Assembly (NCBI GenBank): GCA_038496445.1
Contig: JALMLS010000074.1
Coordinates: 124,001 to 188,000, forward strand
DNA from: Trichosphaerium sp. ATCC 40318
Taxonomy: Eukaryota; Protista; Tubulinea
Reading direction: 5' to 3'
Length of the DNA stretch: 64,000 bases
The first letter of the stretch is position 1. The number at the start of each line of letters is the position of its first letter. Made by a program: the position numbers and the translations under genes. This document shows positions 53,125 to 64,000 of the stretch, piece by piece. Below the pieces are notes generated by a model. It was not told the DNA's origin. It did no database searches and saw only the letters and a list, made by a program, of their open reading frames with translations.

Positions 53125-54009
53125 TTATTTTGTTTGTGCCTCACCATCAACCCACATAGTTTGTGCCTTGAGTTGTCCATCATCATACCACTCTTTTTCT
53201 ACACCACTTTTCTCACCATCAACCCACATAGTTTGTGCCTTGAGCTGTCCATCATCATACCAAACTTTATATTCACCATGTTGTTTACTGTCAACCCACA
53301 TACTTTGTGCTTCAAGTTGTCCGTTTTCACACCATTCTTTTTGTACTCCATATTGTTTATCATCAACCATCATAGCCTGTGCTTTAAGTTGTCCATTTTC
53401 GTACCATCTTTTGGTTTCTCCATTTTGTTTATGATCAACCCACACACATTGTAGCATAAGTTGTCCATTTGGATACCACTGTTTATCTTGACCATTTTTG
53501 TTGCCATTTATCCATGTAGTTTGTGAATAAAGTTGTCCACTTTCATACCACTCTTTGGTTTCACCGCTTTGTTTATTATTAACCCACATACTTTGTGCAT
53601 TAAGTTGTCCATTTTCATACCATTCACTTTGTACTCCATTTTGCTTATCATAAATCCACGTGTTTTGTGCCTTAAGTTGACCACTCTCATACCATCTTTT
53701 ATATTCACCATGTAGTTTACCATCAACCATCATAAATTGTGACCTTAGGTTTCCACTCTCATACCAAGTTTTCGAATGTCCAGTTGTATATTCATGACAT
53801 GCAACTTTACCACTTTTATACCATCTTATCCATTTACCTTTGGATTTCAATCCTTCATCAAAATGTGTATTGATAGCTGCTCTTTTTGAAAGTGTATGGA
53901 ATTTTGTGAATGCTTCAGCATTGAAAGTACAAATGTACTCTTGAATCTCACAAGGAAGAGAAAACAGAAAACACTTTCTTTTTTCGTCAGTGTTTGTTTG
54001 GTTGCTCAT
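53125..54009 (-). CDS. F-box-like plus MORN-variant repeat protein, intronless
   Basis: N-terminal LFSLPCEIQEYICTF; about nine 24-aa repeats of the form WYENGQLxAQxMWVDxKQxG. Confidence 0.85.
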   Translation of the reverse strand: MSNQTNTDEKRKCFLFSLPCEIQEYICTFNAEAFTKFHTLSKRAAINTHFDEGLKSKGKWIRWYKSGKVACHEYTTGHSKTWYESGNLRSQFMMVDGKLHGEYKRWYESGQLKAQNTWIYDKQNGVQSEWYENGQLNAQSMWVNNKQSGETKEWYESGQLYSQTTWINGNKNGQDKQWYPNGQLMLQCVWVDHKQNGETKRWYENGQLKAQAMMVDDKQYGVQKEWCENGQLEAQSMWVDSKQHGEYKVWYDDGQLKAQTMWVDGEKSGVEKEWYDDGQLKAQTMWVDGEAQTK

Positions 54010-54102
54010 GTTCTTTGCCTTGTGATACAGGGAGTGGTTCGTTTAAAGGTGATCCTCTAAACGAAAGCCGTTACACATTAGATAAGGGCATTCAAAGCTA
54101 AT

Positions 54103-54336
54103 ATGTCCAGTTTCACGAGAAAGTGTCCGAGAAATGGATAAACAACTTTTTGCAAGTTTTCTGCTACAAACGGTGAAAAAACTTCGCGTGTGGCATTATG
54201 CAGCACAAAAAACGCGTTACAAAGTGTTTATTTCCCCTTTTGCTTAAAACTCCATTGCTGGTGTTCTAATTGTTATTGTAGTACTCTATGCGCATAGTAG
54301 TGTATAAAGTAGAGTCATTCTCGTGAAACCGGACAT
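54103..54336. mobile_element. Possible MITE-like element bounded by 19-bp inverted repeats
   Basis: ATGTCCAGTTTCACGAGAA (54103-54121) and TTCTCGTGAAACCGGACAT (54318-54336), one mismatch; non-coding interior; no target-site duplication identified. Confidence 0.35.
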
Positions 54337-54825
54337 GTTGTAGCGTTTTTAAGGTGGTTTTATGTTAATCGGGTTGCATACGTACCTCAATCAATAAGTG
54401 TATTACTAAACTATCCAGATGTTTAATAGCCACGTACTCGTACTATTGCTCATAATTAAAAGTCTACATCGTTCAACTTAAAAAATTTCACGCGCAATTA
54501 CAACCTTGTGACATACCCACTGAGTTCAAGCACAACAGTAATTCGACAACAAAACAAGTCCTATCCGCCACTACATGGATCACACAATAATTGTAGATCA
54601 CAAAGATCTTAGCAATGTATGCAGATGAAGTGCTTTTGTGTGAGCAACAGAGAGACCAGGACTGGTTTGGCGGAAGACTAACGTCTTGCTTGAGCGCGAC
54701 ACAAGTAAGTGTTTATCTCGTCCAAAAACAATAACTGAGGTAGCAAGGAAAGTTACATATTTATTTTAATTTATATGACAGACAATCTAGATGGAAAGAA
54801 AAAAAAAAGTTCAAACATATCAATA

Positions 54826-57800
54826 TTAATCTGAACCATCCAAATCTAGATGTGTCCGTACAAGACGGTCTAACCGACCTCTTCTTACACGTTTTGCTAT
54901 TTTCTTAAAAACTGGGCTTTCTCTAGCAGCGCGTTGTGCATTTACAACTTAAAAGAAAACAGAGTTAGCACTACTCAGCTCGAGAGGAAAAACCCAAGAT
55001 TTTTGTACTTACCTTTGTGTATAAAAAATTCGCGGAAGTCTTCGTTCAACTCAAACTCTGCGGGTTCAGGAAGTCGTGGTCCAAATGGCATAACACCTGG
55101 TTTGGAACTTACAGCTACCCTATTACATTATTAGAGGATTCAATCCCAACAAAGCAAAAAACAAAGGAAAGAAGTGTCAAAAAAGCAACTTTTTTGAAAT
55201 TGAGTTCTTCTTAGAGGCGTACTTGAACCATGTTTTTCCAGTTTCTTGTATTTTAGAATGTACAGGAGATACAACAAATATAATATCTTAATTCGTTGTT
55301 AAGGATTAAAAGCAACAAGAAAAATTAGAACAAAAGGGAAAAAAAAAAAAAGACTATCTAACAGGATACTAATATACTCAGAACGCAGACTCTCAGGATC
55401 ATAACTATCGCCTTCATCTACAAAAACGATAACTATACTATCGTTTCCAATATGTCTCTTTCTTTGAATCTGAAAGAGGTAATAAGCACCACGTGATATG
55501 AAAAAAGAAAACATTATTTTTTTTTGAAACGTACTTGTTGTTGTTCGTATTCATCATAAGGTAGTAATGTTGAAACGTGATATAAAATTTGCCAATCTTC
55601 CCAAGAGTTATAGTAAGTAGTCTTACCAGTTCTATTACTCTCAGTGTCAAGCCCACCGGCAAAGAAAGGCCAATTTAAGAGGTCTAAAATGTGTCAGGCT
55701 TGATGTACTTTTTTTGTGAAATAATGTGATCAACGTTTGCTTAAACATACCGATTTCTTCACCGAGAAGCGTTAAAAATTCACCAAACAGCTTTGAATGC
55801 TCTAAAGAAAAAGTTAAAACAAAAGATCAACAAAAAGAATACAAACAAAAAGTAACGATTGTGTACCTCTGTTACTATACATCTCAGTCTCAGTCTGTTT
55901 TGTATTTGTGGCGTATAATACACCAACCTTTGTAAATACGTTAGCAAAGGAATTTACCAAGAAAATGTCACGTGTCAACCACAAAAAAGAAGAAAATTTT
56001 GAGAACTAGAAAATCAAGGTTGTTTGTGTACCTTTATGTGTGTTTCGTCAAACATGTTTTCCATTTGAAGTAGGTGATCTTGTATATCAGTGTTTGTTGT
56101 TTTTATAAGTACAGTATCTTCTAGCTCAGGTACGAGCTCTTTAAGCCTCTTTAACACCTCTGATGACTTATCAGCAGCTGGTATAAAAGCCCATTTATCA
56201 CAGATGTCAATCTTTATAACAACACGAAGATTGACACGTTTTCTGTGTTTTGACTGTTTCTCTACTGAGACAACAATAGGTCCAAGGTCATCATTATAAC
56301 CCAAAAAGTTAAAGTGATCAACTAATGCAGGTAAATAAGAGGAAGGAGAAAGTAAGAAAATTATTGGAAAAAACAAAATGATGAATGACACTTACATCCG
56401 TAGAAATAGTCTTTATAGTAATGTAAGACTCTCTCATGTTGATCAATGTTAAGATGCTGACATTGTTCTTTATATGTTGTAGTAGTATCGCCTAGTTCTA
56501 CTAAGTAGTCTTCATTTGTTGTGAAAATTAGAGGCGGGTCTGAATCTGCAAAATCGTAATCCTAAAGAAAAGAATAAATCAATACTCTCACAAAGACCAT
56601 AAAAAAATGCAGGTTGCGGTACTTGTGCCTTATAATTTGAGGGTAAAATAAAACGCTTTGTAAGGATGAAAAATGGCATGTGGTGAACTAGCATAAAAGT
56701 AAAAAAAAGTACCTTCATGGATTTAGGTTGTGGTATTGTTGCTTTTACAGCAACACGAAGTGCTTGTTTTATTGAAGAATGTCTGCTTATAAAACTCTGA
56801 ATACGTCTATTTTTCTTAGCCAAATCCAAGTTTTGCCAATTCTCAAGCTTTGCAACGCCCAGCTAAACACAAGAAATGTTAAATGATATCCAAAAAAAAA
56901 AAACACCAAGAAGGCTTTTACCTTTTCATTTATCTTAGCTGGCTTGTGTTTAATCATCTTATTGTTAAAACTATCTCTTGAAAACAGTCTACGGTAATCA
57001 AGGTCACCTAAGCGGAAAAACAAGCATGTCAGGAAACCAGTTGAACGAAAAAGAAATCTTCAAAGAAGTTGCCAGTTGTCTCATTTTTTTTCTTCAAAAA
57101 TGGTTGATTGTGGTAGTAAAAATGACGTACTGAACTTGGTAGCTCTACCAACATAATCAGCTTCAAAAACAGATACAATAGCAGACTGTGAGTAAACACT
57201 ATCAAGTGACATATTTTCTTCAATATCTGTAAGTGTAGAAGGTCTTTTAGCGCTTGAATGTGCTGTCCTCTTTTTTAAAATAATATTTTTACTACTTTGA
57301 TGATCACGTAAGTGCCTAAAGACAAGGAAGTGAGCTAAAAAAGCCGAAAGTTGGTAATTTTTTTTTGATTTTTCTCCGAGTTGCACAACGGCTAGTTTCG
57401 CTAGCACATTACTCAACGCTGTTTTAAAGCTTATGATGGGTAGTTATAAAGCGTATAAAGCGATTTTTGATGATAAATCGCAACGAGAAAAAGCGAGCAA
57501 AACTACAACATTTGTAGTTATGTAGTAGTGACTTCAAAGTGTATCGCAACCAAAAGCGAAAAGGTGTAAATGAAATTCTGTATTTCTTGACAGTGTTTAA
57601 CGCCGGAAAACCCCTTGGTGGCTGCAAAAGAGCGTATTAAGTAGTTTGGTGCGTACGCGGCAAGATTACTATCACTTAGTGACTTTCTCCGTCTGTTTGT
57701 CTTGTATTTCTTGCGTTTTACTACTTTTCGTGTTGTATTCACTTTCCTGCTCCGTACGGAGGAAACTACGATTCCATTAAAAATCAAGTGATGGAGTTTA

Positions 57801-58054
57801 CGATTTTGCTGAAAATGGTGCTGTTGCGTACGAGGTGAAGTGTGCTTCTTTTTACCCTTTGCAGGCTTACTTGCGCTGTCTTTATGTTTTTCTTTCCCAT
57901 CAGGCGACTTGGTCTTCCTCTCGCGCTTGGAAGGCGTTCTTGTAAGGGACGGTGAGCGTTTGGGTTCCGGCTCCACTACAAGTTTTGTCTTTTTTTTCCT
58001 CTGTTTATGTAGATTATTGCTGTGTTTATCCTTATTGGACTCTTTCTTGCTCAT
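54826..58054 (-). CDS. Rap/Ran-GAP domain protein with a Lys/Ser-rich N-terminus (many exons)
   Basis: HFNFLG...GPIVVSV, FYITFQ, RKRHIGNDSIVIVF (catalytic Asn thumb), KVVNAQRA; TAA at 54826-54828. Confidence 0.85.
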
Positions 58055-59262
58055 TGTTAAGAACTTCCAATGGATACGTGGTGATTTTACTTCTAATCGC
58101 GTTTGATTGCTGTATAATACATATAATAATGTAAAAGCGTAAAAGCGAAGGTGTTGTGCTACTTGGGTAAGTCTAAAATCCTAAGCGAGCGTTTTCTGAT
58201 ATCAAAAAAGACTTAAATCGTTTTTGCTATGATTTCACTCCCAATAACTATATTATACGCTAAAATAGCGTTTACCGATACATGTTTTATTCTGGAAATA
58301 GCAAAACGAATTCGACTTTTTCGATAAAAAATTTGAACCTTGAGCTTTGTTGGTTTAAACGAAAATACGCTTTTCGTGCAATACACAAATCAAGAGTGTT
58401 CTGTTAGTGTTTGAAAGTGAGTTTAATGAATAGCAGTTTTTCTGACTACACGATCTTTGATAAATTATGTACCTCCTTAATAAAGCATTGTTGATACAAA
58501 AACCGCTCCGTAATATCATTCTAAAAGTTTTGTAGATTAGCTAAATTCGCGTAGACAAGTTTCTGTTTGTTACAAAAAACGGTTCGCAAGTTGTTTCAAT
58601 AGCTTGCTCAGGAGACGCAACCAGTACGTTATCGCGACACATGATGAAATACGCTTTTAGACCTATAGCACGAGAGTACAGCTCCAAAAATAGTATTATA
58701 ACTGCAGAGGTCTTGGAACACCACAATACTAGTAAGATAATTGTGAGCGAAGGGTTTGTAAATAAAAACTGTTTAGCCTTCCAAAATTGGCGATTAAAAT
58801 CAAAAAGATGAAAAATAACTATTTGTTGTTCCTGTTGGATCTTGAGATTGTATTTATGAATTATCCCCTAAGTGTAGTATCTCCTTAGTTCATGGGGTAT
58901 CATAATAGATAAAAACAAATGTTTCATTGTTTGACACTTTCTGTAAATCAAATACTTTGTCAACCTTGTAAAACAACAAAAAAAATCTGAAAATAGCGCT
59001 CACATAAACAATCACGGTGTTGTAGTTGTACTCCACATACCCATGAGTATCGGACAACTTATATGACAGACAGTAATTACTGAAATTAAAGGCAACTTTC
59101 GGGTTTTACAGAACGAAATTTCGGTATTTAAAAAAATAGATCCAAATAAAGAAACACAACGTTTTGTCAATATCATGTTTCTCTAATATTAGTTTTGGAT
59201 ATTTTCTGTATTAAAGGAGGTACACAGAATACACATGAGAAATATAGAATGGCTAAAAATAT

Positions 59263-60649
59263 CTACCACGGCCAATAGTATCTTTTCAATCCAAAAACTT
59301 TTTTGCCAAGGTCTGATGGTTTAAACTCGTCTAATATAATTTCTGCCATACCCTCTTCCTGTGCTAATGGCAAGTAAGGCCTTCCACTGTTAGGGTACCT
59401 AAGCAATATTGAGTTGTTTTAAAACAGAGAGTAGAAGAAGCCCATCATTTGACAGTCAACTTTTTTTTTTCAATTTTTCAAAACGAGGACTGTTATCATT
59501 CATTCTTATGACGTACATTCGAACATACTGAACAACTCTAAATCTTTCACTATCATTTGGATAATTAGCATGAAATGTAAGAGAGTTCCAAATCACCAAA
59601 GAACCTTTCCTCATTGATACTTTTTGAATATAATCTCGAACCGGATGGTTTTCTGGAAGTTGAACGTTTCCTCCAGCACTTGGTACCTCCAGAAGTATAT
59701 GAGGTAATTTATGTGATCCAGGAACACAATGGAATCCGCCATCTTGTACACGTGCATCAGTTAAGGTAAGTAAACCTTGAACATAAAGCGTTTTTTCAAA
59801 ATCTAACTTTTCTCCTTGTTTGAAGTGTGGATGGTTTCTATCTTTCTTAAAACCTGCAACATCTATTTTACCACTTGATGGATTACAATCAGTATGAAGC
59901 CATCTATCTTTTGTCTTCCAAGACGGCATATCAACAGGTTCTGACTTTTCTGGAAATTTTACATTTCTTGTTGGTCTTAGTACTCCTAAACGGTCGTAAT
60001 CGACCCATAATTTTGTAGTGTTATGTATAATACTGTAGGCTTTGTGTCTAAACCAAATTTAAGAGGAGAAGTTATAGTCAGTGAAAGTTTAAAAATACTA
60101 TTATGAATAGGTGTTTTGGTACGCTCAATTCACTGTCACCGAATTATTACGTCCACAGAAGCGGTATTTTAAGAGTTTTTTGTAATTGTTCGTTTTTTTT
60201 GTGTTTAAATCGTTGAGGAGTTTAAAAACAACGTACACGTTAGGGTTTTGTCTGTTGGCCATTAGGGGAGCGTCGAATGAGTACATAGAACCGATAATGC
60301 CGAGTTTACCAAATTGTTGTTTGTTCCAATACGGCTCCCACGTATTAGGATCATCCTGTTACGGCGTAAGGTTGCGTTTTAAGATAAAATGTACCTTATC
60401 TAATTCTGGTTTGTCCCAAAACGAAGCGAGAGTATTGTCAATATCCGTTGTAGATAGTACATCTCTAATAACGACGAATCCGTGTGTATCAAAAAATAGC
60501 TTAATTTGTTTCGATTCTGACACTTTAAAGCTAGGGTAGAACCCCTCGTCATCATAGCTTTGTTGTGATGCCTTGAGTATACTTACGTCTTCTCCAGACA
60601 GAGAAAACTTGTTTTCTATCTCCGCTGCATCTTTTTTCGGTTCAGCCAT
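59263..60649 (-). CDS. PhyH-family Fe(II)/2-oxoglutarate dioxygenase
   Basis: FFDTHGFVVIRDVL, WLHTD, GGFHCVPGSH, GSLVIWNSLTFHANYPN..RFR. Confidence 0.85.
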
Positions 60650-61550
60650 AACGTTAGCGTGTTTAAATGATGAAGGAAAAACCCGTTCAGGTACGTTTGA
60701 CGGGTATTGACTTGCCGAGAAGTTTGTAGCACATTCACCAGTTAACTGACTTACTGAAGTTGGCGTACACGGATTGTCAATACTCAAACAGTTTGCTCGC
60801 CAGTACTTTACGCTGTTTAAGTGTCATTGAATCCAAAGCAGGCACGTTGTATTAGGAAAAAAAGTATTATTGCAGTGTACTCTCAGGAACTTCTCGAATT
60901 TCTTCCTTATTAATTGCTAAGCCAAAAGACAATGCGAATGCAAGTAAGCTTCTATAAGCCTTTTGAGTGTCATGGACATACGTTTACTCATCACGTGATC
61001 AGTACAAAGAAGCAGAAAGGATTTTGTGTTGACAACAATAAACAGGCGCAAACGGCATGTTTAATATGGTCACAATACGTAGTATACGATAAAGCGAAGC
61101 CAGTAGGTTTTTATCTAGTTGCCTAAAAATTACTCACTTCACAGACAATAGCGATGATACAAAATGGTACTATTACAAGCTCCTGCAAACGCCATCTGTG
61201 ACTATTCATGAGATAAAATTGCCTCATTCCAGCAGCACCTATTAGTATATTAAGATCCAAAAGGTAGCAGTATACCAGTGGAAGATTAAGTTTGTTCACA
61301 AATAACGCTTTTCATGACCAGCGTGCAGCCTGAATTTCACTTCACGTTACTGTAAACCGTTTTCTGCTAAAGTTCAATAGCATGGATGGCTATTGTATTT
61401 AGGCGCGCACATTACGACATCCACTGTCTGTTTGACTACTCACAAAATGTGTTTCGAAAATTGGACCTTAAACAATGCATTCTAACAGTGAAAACGAGTA
61501 AAACTTGGGTACTTTATTTAGTTTTACATTCATATTGGAGTGCCAAGATC

Positions 61551-61954
61551 TCAGCAACTTCCACAAGCAGCTTCGCTCCAGCAGCACCATTTATCACTTC
61601 TGATGCGGAAGCATAATGGTGATCCAGGGTAGCAGTAGGCAGTTGAACCTAATAAATGTAAGTAAGAATTACCAACCTTTGATTTTCAAGTACATTGACC
61701 ATTCTTTTCACGACCACGTTTACGCCATCCAGGAGGACACCATCCATTTGTATCACATGTTTCACCACACAATAATGGCCCTTGCTAATTGGGGCGTTAA
61801 TTAACATACAATGTAGAAGTAGCAAGTGTCGACATACCTCAGTTGATCTCTTTTCGTGCATGTCTGGCATTTCTTCAGAGTCTTTAGATTGGGTCGTCAA
61901 GGCAATTGGTATCAACGCCAAAGTCACCAATACGAATAATATTGTTGTGTTCAT
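61551..61954 (-). CDS. Secreted Cys-rich prepro-peptide, copy A (3 exons)
   Basis: Signal plus acidic pro region ending KRSTE, an intron, then a 62-aa 10-Cys core identical to copy B; TGA at 61551-61553. Confidence 0.85.
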
Positions 61955-62312
61955 TTGTTGTTTGTTTAAAGAAGAGGTTTGTTGTTGGTTGAGGTTTGTA
62001 ATTTGGTTTTGTTTGAATGCTTTTACATTGACTTAAAGTCATGTTATTCACTGAAAAAAACTATCATAAACTATTTACCTCATTTCTTTTTCGCTAATTC
62101 AACACGAATTATCCATGTTCTCTTGTTGTAATTACACTGCAAACAGCACCGCTGTTCTATTTGAGTTTATATTAGGCAATAAAAAAATTACAAAGTTTCG
62201 ACACGATAAGATGAAAAAATTTACCATAACTGCACATGAAGTGAGACTTAAATCATCTTGACCTCCCAGTCACAAAACAAACCAGAACAGAACAACCACA
62301 CCTTATAGAACA

Positions 62313-62700
62313 ATGCAAACAACAATACTTTTCGCCTTTGTACTCATGGCATTGACTGTTGCCTTGGCGGTCCAATCTAACGAGCTCAGTGAAAGAGCTA
62401 AACGAGCAACTGAAGTAAGTCATGCTCTGATGTTACATTTACTTCGTATTCTAACGCCCCTTTTAGCAAGGACCATTATTGTGTGGTGAAACATGTGATA
62501 CAAATGGATGGTGTCCTCCTGGATGGCGTAAACGTGGTCGTGAAAAGAATGGTCAATGTACTTGAAAATCAAAGGTTGGTAATTCTTACTTACATTTATT
62601 AGGTTCAACTGCATACTGCTACCCTGGATCACCATTATGCTTTCGCATCAGAAGTGATAAATGGTGCTGCTGGAGCGAAGCTGCTTGTGGAAGCTGCTAA
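62313..62700 (+). CDS. Secreted Cys-rich prepro-peptide, copy B (exons 62313-62414, 62467-62557, 62603-62700; 96 aa)
   Basis: MQTTILFAFVLMALTVALAVQSNELSERAKRATE|QGPLLCGETCDTNGWCPPGWRKRGREKNGQC|STAYCYPGSPLCFRIRSDKWCCWSEAACGSC*; canonical GT-AG introns. Confidence 0.85.
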
Positions 62701-62873
62701 GATCCCAACTCACATATGCCTGTCATAAAATATCAATTCTCTGTAACGCTCTGTACTTAACTACGTTACTTAAATAAATAGTTAGTTTCCATACCCAAAA
62801 ACAAAACCGAACGCGGTCACTATAGTATACAATCACTATGATGTCACTTTCTTTCATTTTCAAACCAACGGAA

Positions 62874-63040
62874 CAAAAAAGTTGCAATAGCGCACGTGCG
62901 TATAGTATCATCTACGCACAGTGATGCATAAAATACAGTTTAACAGATACTTTCTCGCAAGTCGACAATTTAGACCGTACCAATACAAAAAGCTGCAATA
63001 ATGTGCGTATAGTATAATCTACGCACAGAGATTACAAAAA
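62874..63040. repeat. Direct duplication of a roughly 55-bp unit, each copy containing a GTGCGTA...TACGCAC hairpin
   Basis: gtgcgtatagtatcatctacgcacag (from 62896) and gtgcgtatagtataatctacgcacag (from 63003), each preceded by caaaaa(a)gYtgcaata. Confidence 0.65.
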
Positions 63041-63161
63041 AAAGGTTTTTTGCAGTTTTTTTTTAGCTTCTTTGGCGCAGAATAATTGGACACAAAAAAT
63101 GCTCTAACGAGCAATAAATTATTGTTTTTTTTTTAACTATTTATTGACTGTTTTTTACTAT

Positions 63162-63874
63162 TTACTTTGTGCCGCCAGATAACAGCATTATGCGCATTTC
63201 GCTCATCATTGGATCTATGGGAGTGCATGCTGGAAGTGTTGGAGGTGTTGTCAACATTATTATTGCATTAAAATTTGGACTGTTGATTGGAAACTGAGGC
63301 AATGGCTGACTTGTGAGAAGTGTCAACAATAGTTTAACAAGAATTGAAAGCAAAGACGGGTACCTGAAGGTATTTGGATTTGGAAAACTGAGCATTCCAG
63401 AGAGAGGTATACTTGATGAGACGAGTGTTGAACCTATTTATCAAATTGTTAGATGTTGGTGAGCAAATATTAAAGGTGTATTACCGCTGATATCTGTATT
63501 ATCGAACGTGCATTCTAATGTTGCAGTAATAAGACTAAGTCCATTAAAAGCGATATTGATTTCAACTTGCGTTGGATCAATATCAATGGCAAATTCCCTG
63601 CGAGATGAAACATAAAGGTACTCAGAATTCGGTGTTGAATCAGCATCATTTATAGCGAAGTTTGGAAAGTTTGGTCCCGTTGTTCCAGGCAATGAAAACA
63701 AGTCAGTCCCACTGGCGATTTTTAAGGCACAACGACCAGTTTCACCAACACCTATTTATCAATTAATCTAACCTAACACGTGTTGTAGGTTGTTTAGAAC
63801 TTACTAACTTGCGCAAAAGTTGTGCTAATAGATAGTATACATATAAAGGAAACAAGAGTAGCCACTTTTGCCAT
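63162..63874 (-). CDS. Uncharacterised secreted protein (3 exons)
   Basis: Signal peptide MAKVATLVSFICILSISTTFAQ; two GT-AG introns link it to the ORFs at 63441-63701 and 63162-63395. Confidence 0.6.
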
Positions 63875-64000
63875 GATGGACGATAAGCTGCGTATGTGAA
63901 GTGTAATGTGAATTTATTGTAAGGTGTGAAAACAAGTTACAAGTTTGCGTCATCATTTTCTGACTTTAGGCGTTAGAAGTCCATGACTGTACACTGAAAA

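Noticed and set aside
53125-53770. Regular 72-bp periodic repeats as a CRISPR-like array
   Set aside because: They are in-frame protein repeats with no repeat-spacer structure and no cas genes; the DNA is eukaryotic.
62467-62500. GPLLCGETC resembles the cyclotide kalata B1 start (GLPVCGETC)
   Set aside because: The similarity is limited to a few residues. The peptide has 10 Cys rather than 6, different spacing, and no Asn/Asp cyclisation site followed by a tail; probably coincidence.
61616-62635. ORF-track peptides MVIQGSS... (61616-61804 +, 62420-62635 -)
   Set aside because: They are antisense shadows of the Cys-rich peptide genes; the copy differences are silent in the spliced frame, while these ORFs show amino-acid changes.
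63162-63874. LBP/BPI-family assignment for the last gene
   Set aside because: Only a vague compositional resemblance, and too short for a confident call.
1-64000. Alternative genetic code or stop-codon readthrough as the cause of the fragmented ORFs
   Set aside because: The breaks I checked coincide with GT(GC)-AG introns. Spliced xylA, kinase and peptide exons have no in-frame stops, and TAA, TAG and TGA are all used as terminators.

Overview
This window is AT-rich (roughly one-third GC by eye), gene-dense nuclear DNA from a eukaryote. Almost every gene is broken by short spliceosomal introns (about 45-110 nt, donors mostly GTACG/GTAAG/GTATG, CTAAC-like branch points), so the ORF track shows exon fragments. 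The gene set suggests a free-living protist, possibly amoebozoan (inference only). About 27 protein genes can be reconstructed. They include an ADF-H protein, an SLC35/TPT transporter, a NAK kinase, four F-box proteins, a DUF4380-like protein, a DUSP, a degenerate eIF4A-like helicase, a class C GPCR, an ARM-BTB protein, glucosidase II alpha, SNRNP27, a purple acid phosphatase, a GH18 hydrolase, a filamin-SAM protein, xylose isomerase, a RapGAP and a PhyH dioxygenase. A tRNA-Ser(GCT) lies inside an intron. The best novel candidate is missed by the ORF track: a head-to-head pair of 3-exon genes (61.5-62.7 kb) encoding prepro-peptides with an identical 10-Cys cationic core. Other highlights are an eIF4A pseudo-helicase, a strong excess of CACGTG, intronless F-box repeat genes and a candidate structured ncRNA near 9.3-9.5 kb. 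Gene models were built by eye, so some ends are approximate.
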